From Nitrosopumilus sp. (GTDB taxonomy: Archaea; Thermoproteota; Nitrososphaeria; Nitrososphaerales; Nitrosopumilaceae), in NCBI GenBank assembly GCA_029864335.1, contig JAOTTS010000001.1:10338-42337 (forward strand): 32,000 bases of DNA. The letters run 5' to 3'. Under the pieces are notes generated by a model. The model saw only the letters and a list, made by a program, of their open reading frames with translations. It ran no database searches and was not told the DNA's origin. The position numbers were made by a program, and so were the translations under genes. Shown one piece after another: positions 1 to 9,278 of this stretch; position 1 is the first letter of the stretch, and each line of letters starts with the position of its first letter.

Positions 1-297
1 ACAAATTTGCATCGAGTAGAAGGTAAATGTAAAAGATGTAAGCACTTTCAAGAAGAAATTGTAGAAAGACCACAAGTCATTCCTAAAAAAACAGAATTTT
101 CAAATAATCCATGTCCAGGCTGTAACGCAATGGAAGTAGAAGTAAATGAGCAAGAAATTGTAGATTATCTAGAATTGTTGGCTGCAAAGACAGGTTCTCA
201 ATTAGAAGTTATTTCAGGAAGTGCAGAACATGGAAACATGCTTGCAAGTTTAGGAAAGATTGGTGCTATTTTGAGATATAATCCAGGCCACGGTTAA
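1..297 (+). CDS. prf1: Peptide chain release factor aRF1, C-terminal part (5' end outside window)
   Basis: Frame open from base 1. The C-terminus ...SAEHGNMLASLGKIGAILRYNPGHG matches the conserved eRF1/aRF1 domain-3 end (G-IGAILRY). A CKRC...CPGC mini-domain insertion is typical of archaeal aRF1. TAA stop at 295-297. Pelota has a related C-terminus, so some ambiguity remains. Confidence 0.75.
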   Translation, partial: TNLHRVEGKCKRCKHFQEEIVERPQVIPKKTEFSNNPCPGCNAMEVEVNEQEIVDYLELLAAKTGSQLEVISGSAEHGNMLASLGKIGAILRYNPGHG

Positions 298-713
298 GTA
301 ATAAAACTACGAATATTTTTTGAAAGCTCAACAAGCTCATCATCACTTGAAATTTGTCGTTTTGTCCAAATTGTTCCTTTGCTGTTGTATCTTGGAATAA
401 TGTGAATGTGTACATGAGGAATAATTTGTTTTGCAGCTCTGCCATTATTCTGACCTAAACTAAATGCATCAGCTTCTGTTGCTTTTAAAATGGCATTTGC
501 GATTTTTGGAACAAGTGAAAAGATTTTTCCGACATCTTCTGAATCCATGTCAGTGATTCTTTCATGGTGTGTTCTAGGAATTATCAAGCTATGACCTACA
601 TCAATTGGGTATTTATCTAAAAACGCAACATGAGAATCATCTTCATATAGCAAATGCCCATCTCTTTTCCCATTCAAGATTTCACAAAAAATACAATCCA
701 TAAGGATCAGCAT
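294..713 (-). CDS. HIT-family (histidine triad) nucleotide hydrolase/transferase
   Basis: 139 aa with a histidine-triad motif IPHVHIHIIPR (HxHxHxx) near the C-terminus and the typical CIFCEI N-terminus. Its TAA stop overlaps the aRF1 stop (convergent). Confidence 0.9.
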   Translation of the reverse strand: MLILMDCIFCEILNGKRDGHLLYEDDSHVAFLDKYPIDVGHSLIIPRTHHERITDMDSEDVGKIFSLVPKIANAILKATEADAFSLGQNNGRAAKQIIPHVHIHIIPRYNSKGTIWTKRQISSDDELVELSKNIRSFIT

Positions 714-780
714 TTTGTGATTTTATTTATTGTTTTTATCGAATGGTTAATTAGGGCAATTTTCAAACGCAGAGCATTCT

Positions 781-1377
781 ATGGGTCGAAAAGAAAGAAG
801 AGAGCGTGAACAAAAACGGGATAATTACGCTACTAGACATTCAGCAGAAAAAAGAAAAAACACTCTCATTGCAGTTGGAGTATTTGCTGTAATTGCAGTT
901 ATTGTAGGATATGCAGGATGGATATTTGTCAACATGTCAGAGAATGTACCTGGCGGACCTGAAAATGCAGGTGCATTGGGTAGTGAGCATTCACACGCAG
1001 GTTTGCTAGTATCTATTTTTGGTGATGAATTTGATTTTTCAGCTCCGGCTTATCAAATTAAATCAAGTTGGATTCATTTTGAAGGGAGAGACGGTACAAC
1101 AATCCACAAACACGCAACAGGCGTTACATTAGGATATCTCTTTGAAACGCTATCTCTAGGTCTAGATGATCAATGCTTTGTATTCCAAGATGGAAGAAGT
1201 TTCTGTACAAATGAGGATTACAAACTAGTATTCTATGTTAACGGAGAACAATTGCCAGATATTAGAGATCTTGAAATTCAAGAGGATGACAAAATTCTAA
1301 TCGCATATGGTGCCGAGACCCCTGAAGAAATAGATGGACTTTTGTTAAAATTAGAAAACAGAGAATTAATCAAGTAG
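781..1377 (+). CDS. Membrane-anchored hypothetical protein
   Basis: ATG start, a basic N-terminus (RKERREREQKR), one clear TM helix (LIAVGVFAVIAVIVGYAGWIFV), then a 140-aa soluble His-containing domain. TAG stop. Confidence 0.6.
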   Translation: MGRKERREREQKRDNYATRHSAEKRKNTLIAVGVFAVIAVIVGYAGWIFVNMSENVPGGPENAGALGSEHSHAGLLVSIFGDEFDFSAPAYQIKSSWIHFEGRDGTTIHKHATGVTLGYLFETLSLGLDDQCFVFQDGRSFCTNEDYKLVFYVNGEQLPDIRDLEIQEDDKILIAYGAETPEEIDGLLLKLENRELIK

Positions 1378-1579
1378 AACTTTCTGATTCTTCTTTTGTT
1401 GTAAATTGAGCCATTTTATCGAAGAACATGTAATATCCACATTTGGTACAACACAATACGGTAAGTTCAGTTGTAAGAAAGTCCTTATCTTCAAACCTTC
1501 CACTTAATTTTACATTTTCTCCTGATATTGTTGCTTTGTTATTTTTACAGACGGGGCATTCTAGTGCTTTTTGTTCCAC
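1370..1579 (-). CDS. Small zinc-ribbon protein
   Basis: 69 aa with CPVC ... CTKC pairs about 35 residues apart. Terminates with TGA. Confidence 0.5.
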   Translation of the reverse strand: MEQKALECPVCKNNKATISGENVKLSGRFEDKDFLTTELTVLCCTKCGYYMFFDKMAQFTTKEESESST

Positions 1580-1748
1580 AAATTTCTCAAAAATGTTTAC
1601 AATTTAAACTCAATGAAAATTTTTCAACAAATAATCTCATTAAAGTGTATCTTGTAGTCAAATGGTTTCCATTAAAAAAAATGTGAAACTCAAAAGTATT
1701 CATTTCTAGTTTATCCAAAATAGAACCTGCCAAGAACGAAAAAAGAAA

Positions 1749-2075
1749 TCAGATAGGCTTGTTTTGTAAATGGATTTTGTTATTTGCTATCTTAAAGACA
1801 TTCTTCGCCAATATATCAAAACCTGCTATAGATGCAATCAAACTTGCTACAATTGTAAGTTCAGATAAATCGGATAACATCTGGTCTTGAATAACCTCAA
1901 TCTGAGGACCAATTATGGTAATTCCAACAACAAATGCAATAATTGCAGAGGCGGATGCACTTCTAATATCATAATTTTCTTTGGATTTTAACCAAACCAG
2001 AAGATTCTGCAGTATTACGCCTAGTGAGACTATTGCTATTGTTGCAATTACTGGTGACAATCCAAATACTTGCAT
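1749..2075 (-). CDS. Small integral membrane protein
   Basis: 108 aa with three hydrophobic helices (VIATIAIVSLGVILQNLLVWL, ASAIIAFVVGITIIG, IVASLIASIAGFDIL). No recognisable family. Confidence 0.5.
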   Translation of the reverse strand: MQVFGLSPVIATIAIVSLGVILQNLLVWLKSKENYDIRSASASAIIAFVVGITIIGPQIEVIQDQMLSDLSELTIVASLIASIAGFDILAKNVFKIANNKIHLQNKPI

Positions 2076-2362
2076 ACTTGAATTATGTAAAAAAAGCTAA
2101 AGTAGATTAGTTGTCATTTGTGCGCTAACCTTAAAGGTATCATATATTATTGTGTATTTTCATAATAATTCACAATCCTAGATGGGATTCTAATTTCCCA
2201 TACTTTTGTCCTCAAGTTCTCCCTTGTGAATAATTACATTAAGGTCATTGTGTAAAATTTTACCTTAAAAAAATCTAAAAGAATTTATACGAAATGATAT
2301 ATTTTATACTCTCTAATCTTTAATAAGATAACAATTTAACCAAGCAAAAATTAAAAAAAAAT

Positions 2363-2545
2363 ATGGAAGAATCAGCAATCAAGATACTCTATGATAATAA
2401 AGATGTAAAATGTAAAAATCCTGAATGTGGTCATTTGATGGATTCACATCTTCATTTTAAAAATATCAAAGAGGATAGAATCCCCCTTCTATATTGTTCT
2501 GAATGTAGAGCAGAAGGTAAAGAATGCAAACTAGTAAGATTTTGA
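2363..2545 (+). CDS. Small Cys/His-rich protein (paralog of 3386..3547)
   Basis: 60 aa with CKNPECGH...H.HF...YCSECRAEGKEC. Shares the pattern CK..EC.H...F...YCS.C..G..C with the 53-aa ORF at 3386. Confidence 0.45.
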   Translation: MEESAIKILYDNKDVKCKNPECGHLMDSHLHFKNIKEDRIPLLYCSECRAEGKECKLVRF

Positions 2546-2916
2546 AATTTTACAACGATTAATGTATTTCACTTTTTCTATAATTGTAAAAATTTCTCCA
2601 TTCTCATAATATGTGCAACATGTCAGCCATACTGAATGAGGAGAGTTTTGAGACTGTTTGTGACAATGTGAGGAACATGTAATCAACCATTACAGAGTAT
2701 CGCTAGCAGCCTCATCTGTTGGAAGGAAAAGGGCATTTCACAAAACGGAATTCATAATTCTAAAGACTCAGGTATTTTTCTCGGTCGTCTCTTTTGTTCC
2801 AACTTTTAGAATCCCAACTCTATATTCGTCATAAATTAAATTTAATCATTCGTTGAATATCATAATTTTGGCACGATCAAACAATCATCGTCAATCTAAT
2901 ATTATCTAAATAAATT

Positions 2917-3201
2917 TTGGAAGCTATGTATCTGCAACAAAAGATAATAGTTCTGATTTTACTTTCAATAAGTGTAATTGGCCTAATTGGCATTCAGATA
3001 GGAAATCCCAAGATTGTAGTAAATTCCATAGCCTTAGAAACAACATTTGTTGCCTTGACAGCATTATCATTTTGGAGATTACGATATGTGCTTATTCCAA
3101 ATATGACAATTTCAATAATTGTAATCGTTGGAAACACTGTATCACCAAAACACTTTGAAATCATGAGTTCATTTGAGCCTCTTCAAAATGTCATCATCTG
3201 A
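2917..3201 (+). CDS. Small membrane protein, probably continuing by a frameshift to 3293
   Basis: TTG-start ORF with two or three TM helices. Directly after its TGA a different frame encodes another helix plus a basic tail (see findings). Confidence 0.4.
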   Translation: MEAMYLQQKIIVLILLSISVIGLIGIQIGNPKIVVNSIALETTFVALTALSFWRLRYVLIPNMTISIIVIVGNTVSPKHFEIMSSFEPLQNVII

Positions 3202-3385
3202 TAGTTGGAGGCTATATCCTCCAAGGGTTACTTTTATCTGCAAGTCTAAATGTTTTTAAAAATAAAAAGAATCTGAAACTAAAGATAAAGTGAGTTATTA
3301 AAATGAGGCTTTTGTTTGAAGCCAATGTTGGATCTTCATAAATTTTCAGGAACTATCTGATAATTTTGAATGTTCAAGAGTCTTC

Positions 3386-3547
3386 ATGAATGATTTTTGT
3401 ATGGGTACACAGTACATCATCATGAACAAACAAATTTGTAAAGAATGTTTACATGAAATAAAATTTCATTTCAATTCATATGATGGAAAGACATACTGCA
3501 GTCAATGCAATTTGAAAGGCATAGACTGTAATGCGTTTGATGAGTGA
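3386..3547 (+). CDS. Small Cys/His-rich protein, 53 aa (below ORF-track cutoff)
   Basis: Hand-translated as MNDFCMGTQYIIMNKQICKECLHEIKFHFNSYDGKTYCSQCNLKGIDCNAFDE. ATG 3386, TGA 3545-3547. Paralogous pattern to 2363..2545. Confidence 0.4.
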   Translation: MNDFCMGTQYIIMNKQICKECLHEIKFHFNSYDGKTYCSQCNLKGIDCNAFDE

Positions 3548-4053
3548 GAATTCACATAAAATAGTAGAACATGAGTTTGACATATGCTTTGACGCAGCAA
3601 TCCAAATTGGTGGAGAGTATGATCATAGTAAATTTTGAATTATTAAAACAAATTGCTCATTGTGAAAAAGAACGACAGAAATCAAAACCACATGTATACA
3701 TATAGCAACAAATCATTACAATTCACATACATTTTATTGTAATGTTTGGAATCACTTGATTACTGTCAGATATAGTAGAGATTTGTGGAATAAAAATACA
3801 ATTGTGGGAATACCTAACATTTGTTTATTCATTGTTTTATTTTTGAACAACATTACATCAAATAGTCACTTTATCGTCAAAATGCATCTCATGTCAAACG
3901 CATCTGTGATAATATCAATGAGCATGTCTTATTATACAGTCGTCAAATGGAAGTTGTTTCGTGTATAGGGTGTAGGTTATGATCATGTTATTGACTTGTC
4001 AATTAATTGACGATTTTTGTTTAAGTGAAGGGTTTTGTGAAAAATAGAACTAA

Positions 4054-4371
4054 TTAGAGGTCCAATAATTTCTGTTCTAATCGTTCCATTTGTTCATCAC
4101 CACATTGATCTGCACTCTCAATTACACAAAATTCCCTTACTTCCTTAAATGCATCAAGACAGGATTGTAGTTCCTCAGAGTTAAGATCATCTTCACTACA
4201 CGCAGTCATCATTGATTCATAGTTTATTGCAAATTGTGCTAAAAGTCGTTCTCGTTTTTGAGTGCCATCAGCCATATCTGACTCCATTACACCGGTTCCA
4301 AAGAAAATAATTCCTCCAATAATTGGGAGGATTAAAAGAAATTTCATTTTAGGGTTTTCCAATATAGACAT
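4054..4371 (-). CDS. Small secreted/membrane-anchored acidic protein
   Basis: 105 aa with an N-terminal hydrophobic segment (KFLLILPIIGGIIFFGTGV) followed by an acidic helical region with 4 Cys. The start could be the second Met (4347). Confidence 0.5.
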   Translation of the reverse strand: MSILENPKMKFLLILPIIGGIIFFGTGVMESDMADGTQKRERLLAQFAINYESMMTACSEDDLNSEELQSCLDAFKEVREFCVIESADQCGDEQMERLEQKLLDL

Positions 4372-4510
4372 AATTCTGCAACAAAATTTGAAAGAATAAA
4401 TCTATTTATTTTCATTTACTGTTTTCATGATTTACATTGGGTTTGTGTTTCTGTTTAAGAGAGAATAGTTGTTGTGATACATCTAACTAATTTGACTAAA
4501 TGTATTCAGG

Positions 4511-4651
4511 CTATAATATCTTAGTAAATCCCTCACATTCTGAAGAATTTTTACCTTCTTCTATGCAATCCATACAAGCAGATACACCATTTTTTCTTCC
4601 AGTAACGTGGTTGGATTCCTTATGTCCACATGTACACGTTTTATCTCCCAT
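4511..4651 (-). CDS. 46-aa Cys-rich mini-protein
   Basis: Hand-translated as MGDKTCTCGHKESNHVTGRKNGVSACMDCIEEGKNSSECEGFTKIL. ATG at 4651-4649, TAG at 4513-4511. Confidence 0.3.
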   Translation of the reverse strand: MGDKTCTCGHKESNHVTGRKNGVSACMDCIEEGKNSSECEGFTKIL

Positions 4652-5135
4652 TAGATTGACTTTATGATTTTGTTATTTAAATTTAGAATCTCATCTATGG
4701 CATTAAGGTTTCAGTAATGGATAATCCAACAGAAGAGAGGTCGGATTCTGCATCCTCAATAATCAACCAATCTGTAAAGGAATAATGTAGATTTACATAT
4801 TTTTTATTGTTATTGGATTGAGTTTTGATGTGATAGGGGCATTGTTTATCATAGGCCCGATAAGAAATCGTCGACGATTACGAAAAAGAGATTTGGACAT
4901 TATTGACAAAATAAGAACAAATCTGAAAGAGGGTGAAGAAAATCCCCGGTCATTCTTTATTCATACAAATCCCCTAATTCCAAAATTTGACTAAATTGAA
5001 TATTTTGTATTCTTGCATGAGATTAATAAGATCAGAATACCATTAGTCTATGACATCCAAGAATTGTTTGGATGACTCATTGACATTTTTGTAATTATAA
5101 AATCAGCTTTCTTGATTTCAAAGATTTCTTTGAGT

Positions 5136-7112
5136 TTAATCAAATGCCAATCCGATATTGATCAGTTTTGAAGCAGTATTTGGTGTTGCACAGATTGGAG
5201 CGTTGTCAGAGTATTTGAAAAGCAGTTCATATCCTTTTTTACAGTAACCCTCATCAGATACATCTGCTTCAGGATTGACATTAATTTTAATATCAGCTAC
5301 TTGAAAAATTGAATCTACATCAGTGCCTAATGACACGATTCCATTAAATTCTCCGGCTTCTTCTGGAACCCATGAAAGGCCGATATTTAGAGTCTGATTG
5401 GGGTTCAGTGTACCAGTCATCCATTTTGCAGGTTGAACTGTAACATCCTCCTTATTTGTTACCTCTACTATGTATACAAAATTATTTTTGTAATCATTAG
5501 AATTTGTAATGTCTGCTGCAATTTGTAAAATTTGATTTGGTTTAATCTCGTCAAACTTTTGACCAAATGAGTTTACCACACCAATTTTGTTCAGGCGTAT
5601 TTTGTCTTTATCTAGGAGGGATGTTTCGATAGATTTGGCCATGTTATTCTCATTAACAACTGATGTAACACCTGGCGTTTCATTCAGATGATCCCAATCT
5701 ACATTAATATCGAGATCGTTCTCATACCCTTTTACCACTTCTAGTATTCTGCCTTTTAGTTCTGTTTCAAACATGTTTATCGCATCTAACTTTTCTTTGA
5801 GTATTTTTTCTTGAATGACATCCATTGCCTTTCTTATTTCTGAAATCTGTTTGGTCACATCCTCTTTTGTGATGTTTTCAATCTTGTATTCGTTGATTAT
5901 GTCCTGCATTTTCTGTTTTGCTTGCAAATCCTCACTTTCAAGAGCCTCATCATATTTTGCCTCTAGTGCTTTCTTTTTGAGGTCATATTCTTGATTGATT
6001 CCCAGAATCTCTTGATTTATTTGGTATACTTCATCCTTGTGTACCTTTAGTTTGTCCTTGTTGAGAATATAGTCGATTAGAGTATGATTCTCTGCAGTGT
6101 TGTTCTCTATCATTTCTTTTGCATCTGATTCTAAAACGCATTTGTATTCTGATGCCACAATGCTGTAAATTACCTGATATCCATCTTTGCACACTGTTCC
6201 AGGATTTGTTTTAATATTTGAAATAGGTGACGTATCGCCTGAAATAACAATTCCTTTGACCTCGTCACTTATCCATTTTTTAGCAACATTCTCATCAATG
6301 CATGAGTGACTTGCCGATGTCACTCGTGATACCAACACAAGTCCTTTTGCACATTCTGTAGCGGAATTGTTCTCTGATGTGTTTACATCTGAATTGGTAA
6401 CTATGTAACTTGGCTGCAGCCTATAGTCTGAATAAAAATTGGCTAGTTTTACTTGAGTTGTAGGGGACATATGGACTTTTCCTGTGGAATTAAAGATTTG
6501 TTGTTCCTCATAATATGCCAGATTGTGTTTTACGTTGAATTGAGCGTTCATTTCTATCAGTTCAATTTTTTGAGTTGACGCAGCTTTGTGGTATGCATTC
6601 CTTGCATCTTTCATGGTTCCGCCATTTATCAACACTTGATTCATTGCAATCCTTCCTGCATTGATTTTTTTCTCTTTGAATTCAAACTGGTCCCAAAAAA
6701 CTCCCTGAACGTACGAGGGTTTTTTGCTCACAAATTCATCAAAGGCATTTCTTGCGGAATATTTTTCCGACAGTCTTTCCCATTCGTCAAGATCTTGTTT
6801 AAGGTGTTGAACTGATATATCGCGCATTTTTTGTAGATTTTCTTGCGCCTGGTTTTTCTCATATTCTTTTTGTTCCAATTCTACGATCATCTTTTTTGTT
6901 TGCTCAATTTTTTGCAGAATATCTTGTGCGATAGGATCATTTAGCAAATTATCTGAAAATGTAATCTGGTCTGAATCTAATTGGGTTTGTGCATAACTTG
7001 TTTGAATAAGAGAAATTGACATTACACATGCAATGAGAAAATAAAATTCCTTTATGTTGATTTTTGATAGTTTTACTGAATTACTACTTGTCTTAGTAAA
7101 AATAAGACCCAT
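5136..7112 (-). CDS. Large secreted coiled-coil protein with three Cys-hairpin modules and a C-terminal beta-sandwich-like region
   Basis: The track ORF (to 7673) is trimmed to Met-188 (MGLIFTKTSSNSVKLSKINIKEFYFLIACVMSISLIQTSYA|QTQ). This gives a signal-peptide-like N-terminus and removes the overlap with the divergent MarR gene. The product is 658 aa with K/E/Q-rich heptad regions and the repeated module C-K-x-G-[YL]-x-[LV]..(8)..C-[IVA]....A.K.I three times. Confidence 0.75.
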   Translation of the reverse strand: MGLIFTKTSSNSVKLSKINIKEFYFLIACVMSISLIQTSYAQTQLDSDQITFSDNLLNDPIAQDILQKIEQTKKMIVELEQKEYEKNQAQENLQKMRDISVQHLKQDLDEWERLSEKYSARNAFDEFVSKKPSYVQGVFWDQFEFKEKKINAGRIAMNQVLINGGTMKDARNAYHKAASTQKIELIEMNAQFNVKHNLAYYEEQQIFNSTGKVHMSPTTQVKLANFYSDYRLQPSYIVTNSDVNTSENNSATECAKGLVLVSRVTSASHSCIDENVAKKWISDEVKGIVISGDTSPISNIKTNPGTVCKDGYQVIYSIVASEYKCVLESDAKEMIENNTAENHTLIDYILNKDKLKVHKDEVYQINQEILGINQEYDLKKKALEAKYDEALESEDLQAKQKMQDIINEYKIENITKEDVTKQISEIRKAMDVIQEKILKEKLDAINMFETELKGRILEVVKGYENDLDINVDWDHLNETPGVTSVVNENNMAKSIETSLLDKDKIRLNKIGVVNSFGQKFDEIKPNQILQIAADITNSNDYKNNFVYIVEVTNKEDVTVQPAKWMTGTLNPNQTLNIGLSWVPEEAGEFNGIVSLGTDVDSIFQVADIKINVNPEADVSDEGYCKKGYELLFKYSDNAPICATPNTASKLINIGLAFD

Positions 7113-7284
7113 AATTTTTACTGAAATGTTGTAAATAATAAAGATTAGGGCACTAACAATTATATTATAAATAAATGGAATATTAATTAATATAAGACTA
7201 ATCAATACATCATTTGTCTTGATAGAAAGAGAAAATAAGAGGTGACCTGAAATAAAAACACTAGATCTTAAGGAAAGTATCGGA

Positions 7285-7770
7285 TTGTTGCTAAAAACGT
7301 CTGCTAAGACGTGGGAAAAGGCAGCAGAAATAGAGTTACGTGAACGTTTTGGCATTACTGGTGCAAAATGGAAGATAATTGTTGCACTTTCAATAAAGGA
7401 GGGGATTACACAGAAGCACATAGCAGACATGGTATTTGTTGAAGCTCCAACACTTGTGCCCATAATAGATAAGATGGAAAGAGAGGGATATCTCATAAGA
7501 CAAACAGATCCACAGGATCGAAGAAATAATTTGATCTTTATGACAAAAAAATCTAAAGATATAGTGGACCCAATAATTGATTGCATACTAGAGGTAAGAA
7601 ACATGGGATTAAGCAAAATCTCAAAAAAGGACATGGAGATTGCAAAAAAAGTATTATCGCAGATAGTGAACAATACTGAGGAGTTTATCAGACAGAAAGG
7701 AGAAAATACTGATCCTAATCTATGGACTGATCTGCAAAATAAATCACAAAAGACACTTGTGAAATTATAA
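7285..7770 (+). CDS. MarR-family winged-helix transcriptional regulator
   Basis: GITGAKWKIIVALSIKEGITQKHIADMVFVEAPTLVPIIDKMEREGYLIRQTDPQDRRNNLIFMTKKS is a typical MarR HTH plus wing (DxRxxxxxLT). The only in-frame start before the HTH is TTG 7285, since the frame opens at 7246, so the start is uncertain by a few codons. Confidence 0.85.
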   Translation: MLLKTSAKTWEKAAEIELRERFGITGAKWKIIVALSIKEGITQKHIADMVFVEAPTLVPIIDKMEREGYLIRQTDPQDRRNNLIFMTKKSKDIVDPIIDCILEVRNMGLSKISKKDMEIAKKVLSQIVNNTEEFIRQKGENTDPNLWTDLQNKSQKTLVKL

Positions 7771-7918
7771 GCATCATCGATATGATTGGGTTTACTTTGG
7801 TAAAATGAGGCCTAATAGGTAACCTTTACCTTTACTTTTGATGAAATCATCTCTCAGATACTTAATAGTGGAGCATATTTCATAGATTAATAATCGTTTG
7901 AGAAATTGGAAATAAAAT

Positions 7919-8869
7919 ATGAAAATATTAGATTTGATTAAAGAGAGATTCCTATTGATTGTACTTGCAACCGTCTTTTTTTACATCCTATTAATTTTAA
8001 TTTCGGATGCAGATGAAATATCTGACCATTTTCTACAAATTAAAATAGAGTTTCTTTTTTTGATATTTCTTCTCGTTTTTGTATCTCACATAGTAAAGAG
8101 TTTTCGTCAAAAGCAATTGTTATACATGATTGGTGAAAAAATCCCACCAATTCAAAACTTCATTATTTACATGGCAGGTTTAACATTAATCAATACTCCA
8201 GGTGGTGTAGGCACCTTCATAAAATCTATTTATTTAAAAAAATCATTCAAAATTCCCACTGACAAATCAATTGCTGTTATTTTCTTGGAGAGATACCATG
8301 ATTTGCTTGCAGGTACATCCATAATTCTTGTAAGCCTTTCAGTTTATTTTAGTTTCATATCATTATCCTTAATTGTAATTTCATCAGTCCTTCTTGTTGG
8401 AATATTTCTTCTAATCAGTAATCAGAATTTTTCTGTATTTGTATACAAAAAACTTTCAAAAATTAAATTCATATCTCAAAGTCTACCTAATGTAGGGACT
8501 AGTGAATCATTTTCTATTTTGACAAGCCCAAAGAACATGACCAAGGGATGGTTGCTCAGCATTTTAGGTTGGGGTGTTGATTCATTGGCAGTTTATGTGG
8601 TGTTTCTGGCCTTAAATATTGATTTGGGATATATTTTGACATCTCAAATCTATTTTACTTCTTTAGGATATGGAGTTTTGTCACTTTTACCAGGAGGTAT
8701 AGGCGTCAATGAAAGTATTGCCGATTTTCTCTTAGTACGACAAGGATTAGATCTTTCTATAGCATCATCACTTGTGATATTAACAAGACTGTCTACTGTG
8801 TGGTTTGCAACCATACTTGGAGTAATATTTACTCGTGTTACATTAAAAACATATAATCTTAAAAAGTAA
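7919..8869 (+). CDS. UPF0104 / lysyl-phosphatidylglycerol-synthase-TM-like (flippase-like) membrane protein
   Basis: 316 aa with about 8 TM helices. The conserved motifs GLTLINTPGGVGTF and LLPGGIGVNES are characteristic of this family. Confidence 0.7.
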   Translation: MKILDLIKERFLLIVLATVFFYILLILISDADEISDHFLQIKIEFLFLIFLLVFVSHIVKSFRQKQLLYMIGEKIPPIQNFIIYMAGLTLINTPGGVGTFIKSIYLKKSFKIPTDKSIAVIFLERYHDLLAGTSIILVSLSVYFSFISLSLIVISSVLLVGIFLLISNQNFSVFVYKKLSKIKFISQSLPNVGTSESFSILTSPKNMTKGWLLSILGWGVDSLAVYVVFLALNIDLGYILTSQIYFTSLGYGVLSLLPGGIGVNESIADFLLVRQGLDLSIASSLVILTRLSTVWFATILGVIFTRVTLKTYNLKK

Positions 8870-9278
8870 CTTGACAGATATAAGAGAGACAACATAACTA
8901 AGATTTTCATTGATCAAAAAATATAAAAAATTTTTAATAAACCAAAAATTGTTTAAATTTAAAACCACCTTAAAAATAATACGAAGACAGGAATCTATTC
9001 ATAATTCTACTTATATTGATTTAACACTACGAACAAAAAAATTCATCAAAATACAATAGCAAAAATATCATAATCTACATCAGAATCTAAATCATAACAT
9101 CATGTGAAAATAATTACAAAAAACCAATAAATAACTACAAACGAATGCAAACAAATGCAGCCATGTTATTAATCAATAATCTACAATATTGGAATGGGAA
9201 TAAATTTCATAGATACGATAGTTGTCCGACAAGTATCTGAGAGAGGAACATCTTCATCAGAATCTCCCGTAAAACCAG

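Noticed and set aside
2545-2600. Imperfect long-range inverted repeat (GAAATTTTACAA ... TTGTAAAAATTTC) after the 60-aa gene
   Set aside because: It has one bulge, a loop of about 26 nt, and is made entirely of A/T. Such pairs are expected by chance at this base composition.
3756-3968. 70-aa TTG ORF
   Set aside because: It has no motif, an odd composition and no promoter-like context, so it is probably non-coding.
6588-6815. Antisense ORF inside the secreted-protein gene. The same class includes 8650..8910, 9374..9565, 12063..12275, 15811..16029, 18258..18542, 18651..18896, 23020..23202, 23699..23917 and 29803..29994.
   Set aside because: Each lies wholly inside, or antisense to, a longer ORF with recognisable family motifs. 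Their products are Cys/Phe/Ser/Ile-rich, as expected from reverse-frame AT-rich coding DNA.
7113-7673. N-terminal 187 codons of the 845-aa track ORF 5136..7673
   Set aside because: This part is hydrophobic, low-complexity sequence antisense to the well-supported MarR gene. Met-188 gives a proper signal-peptide-like start and leaves a divergent intergenic region.
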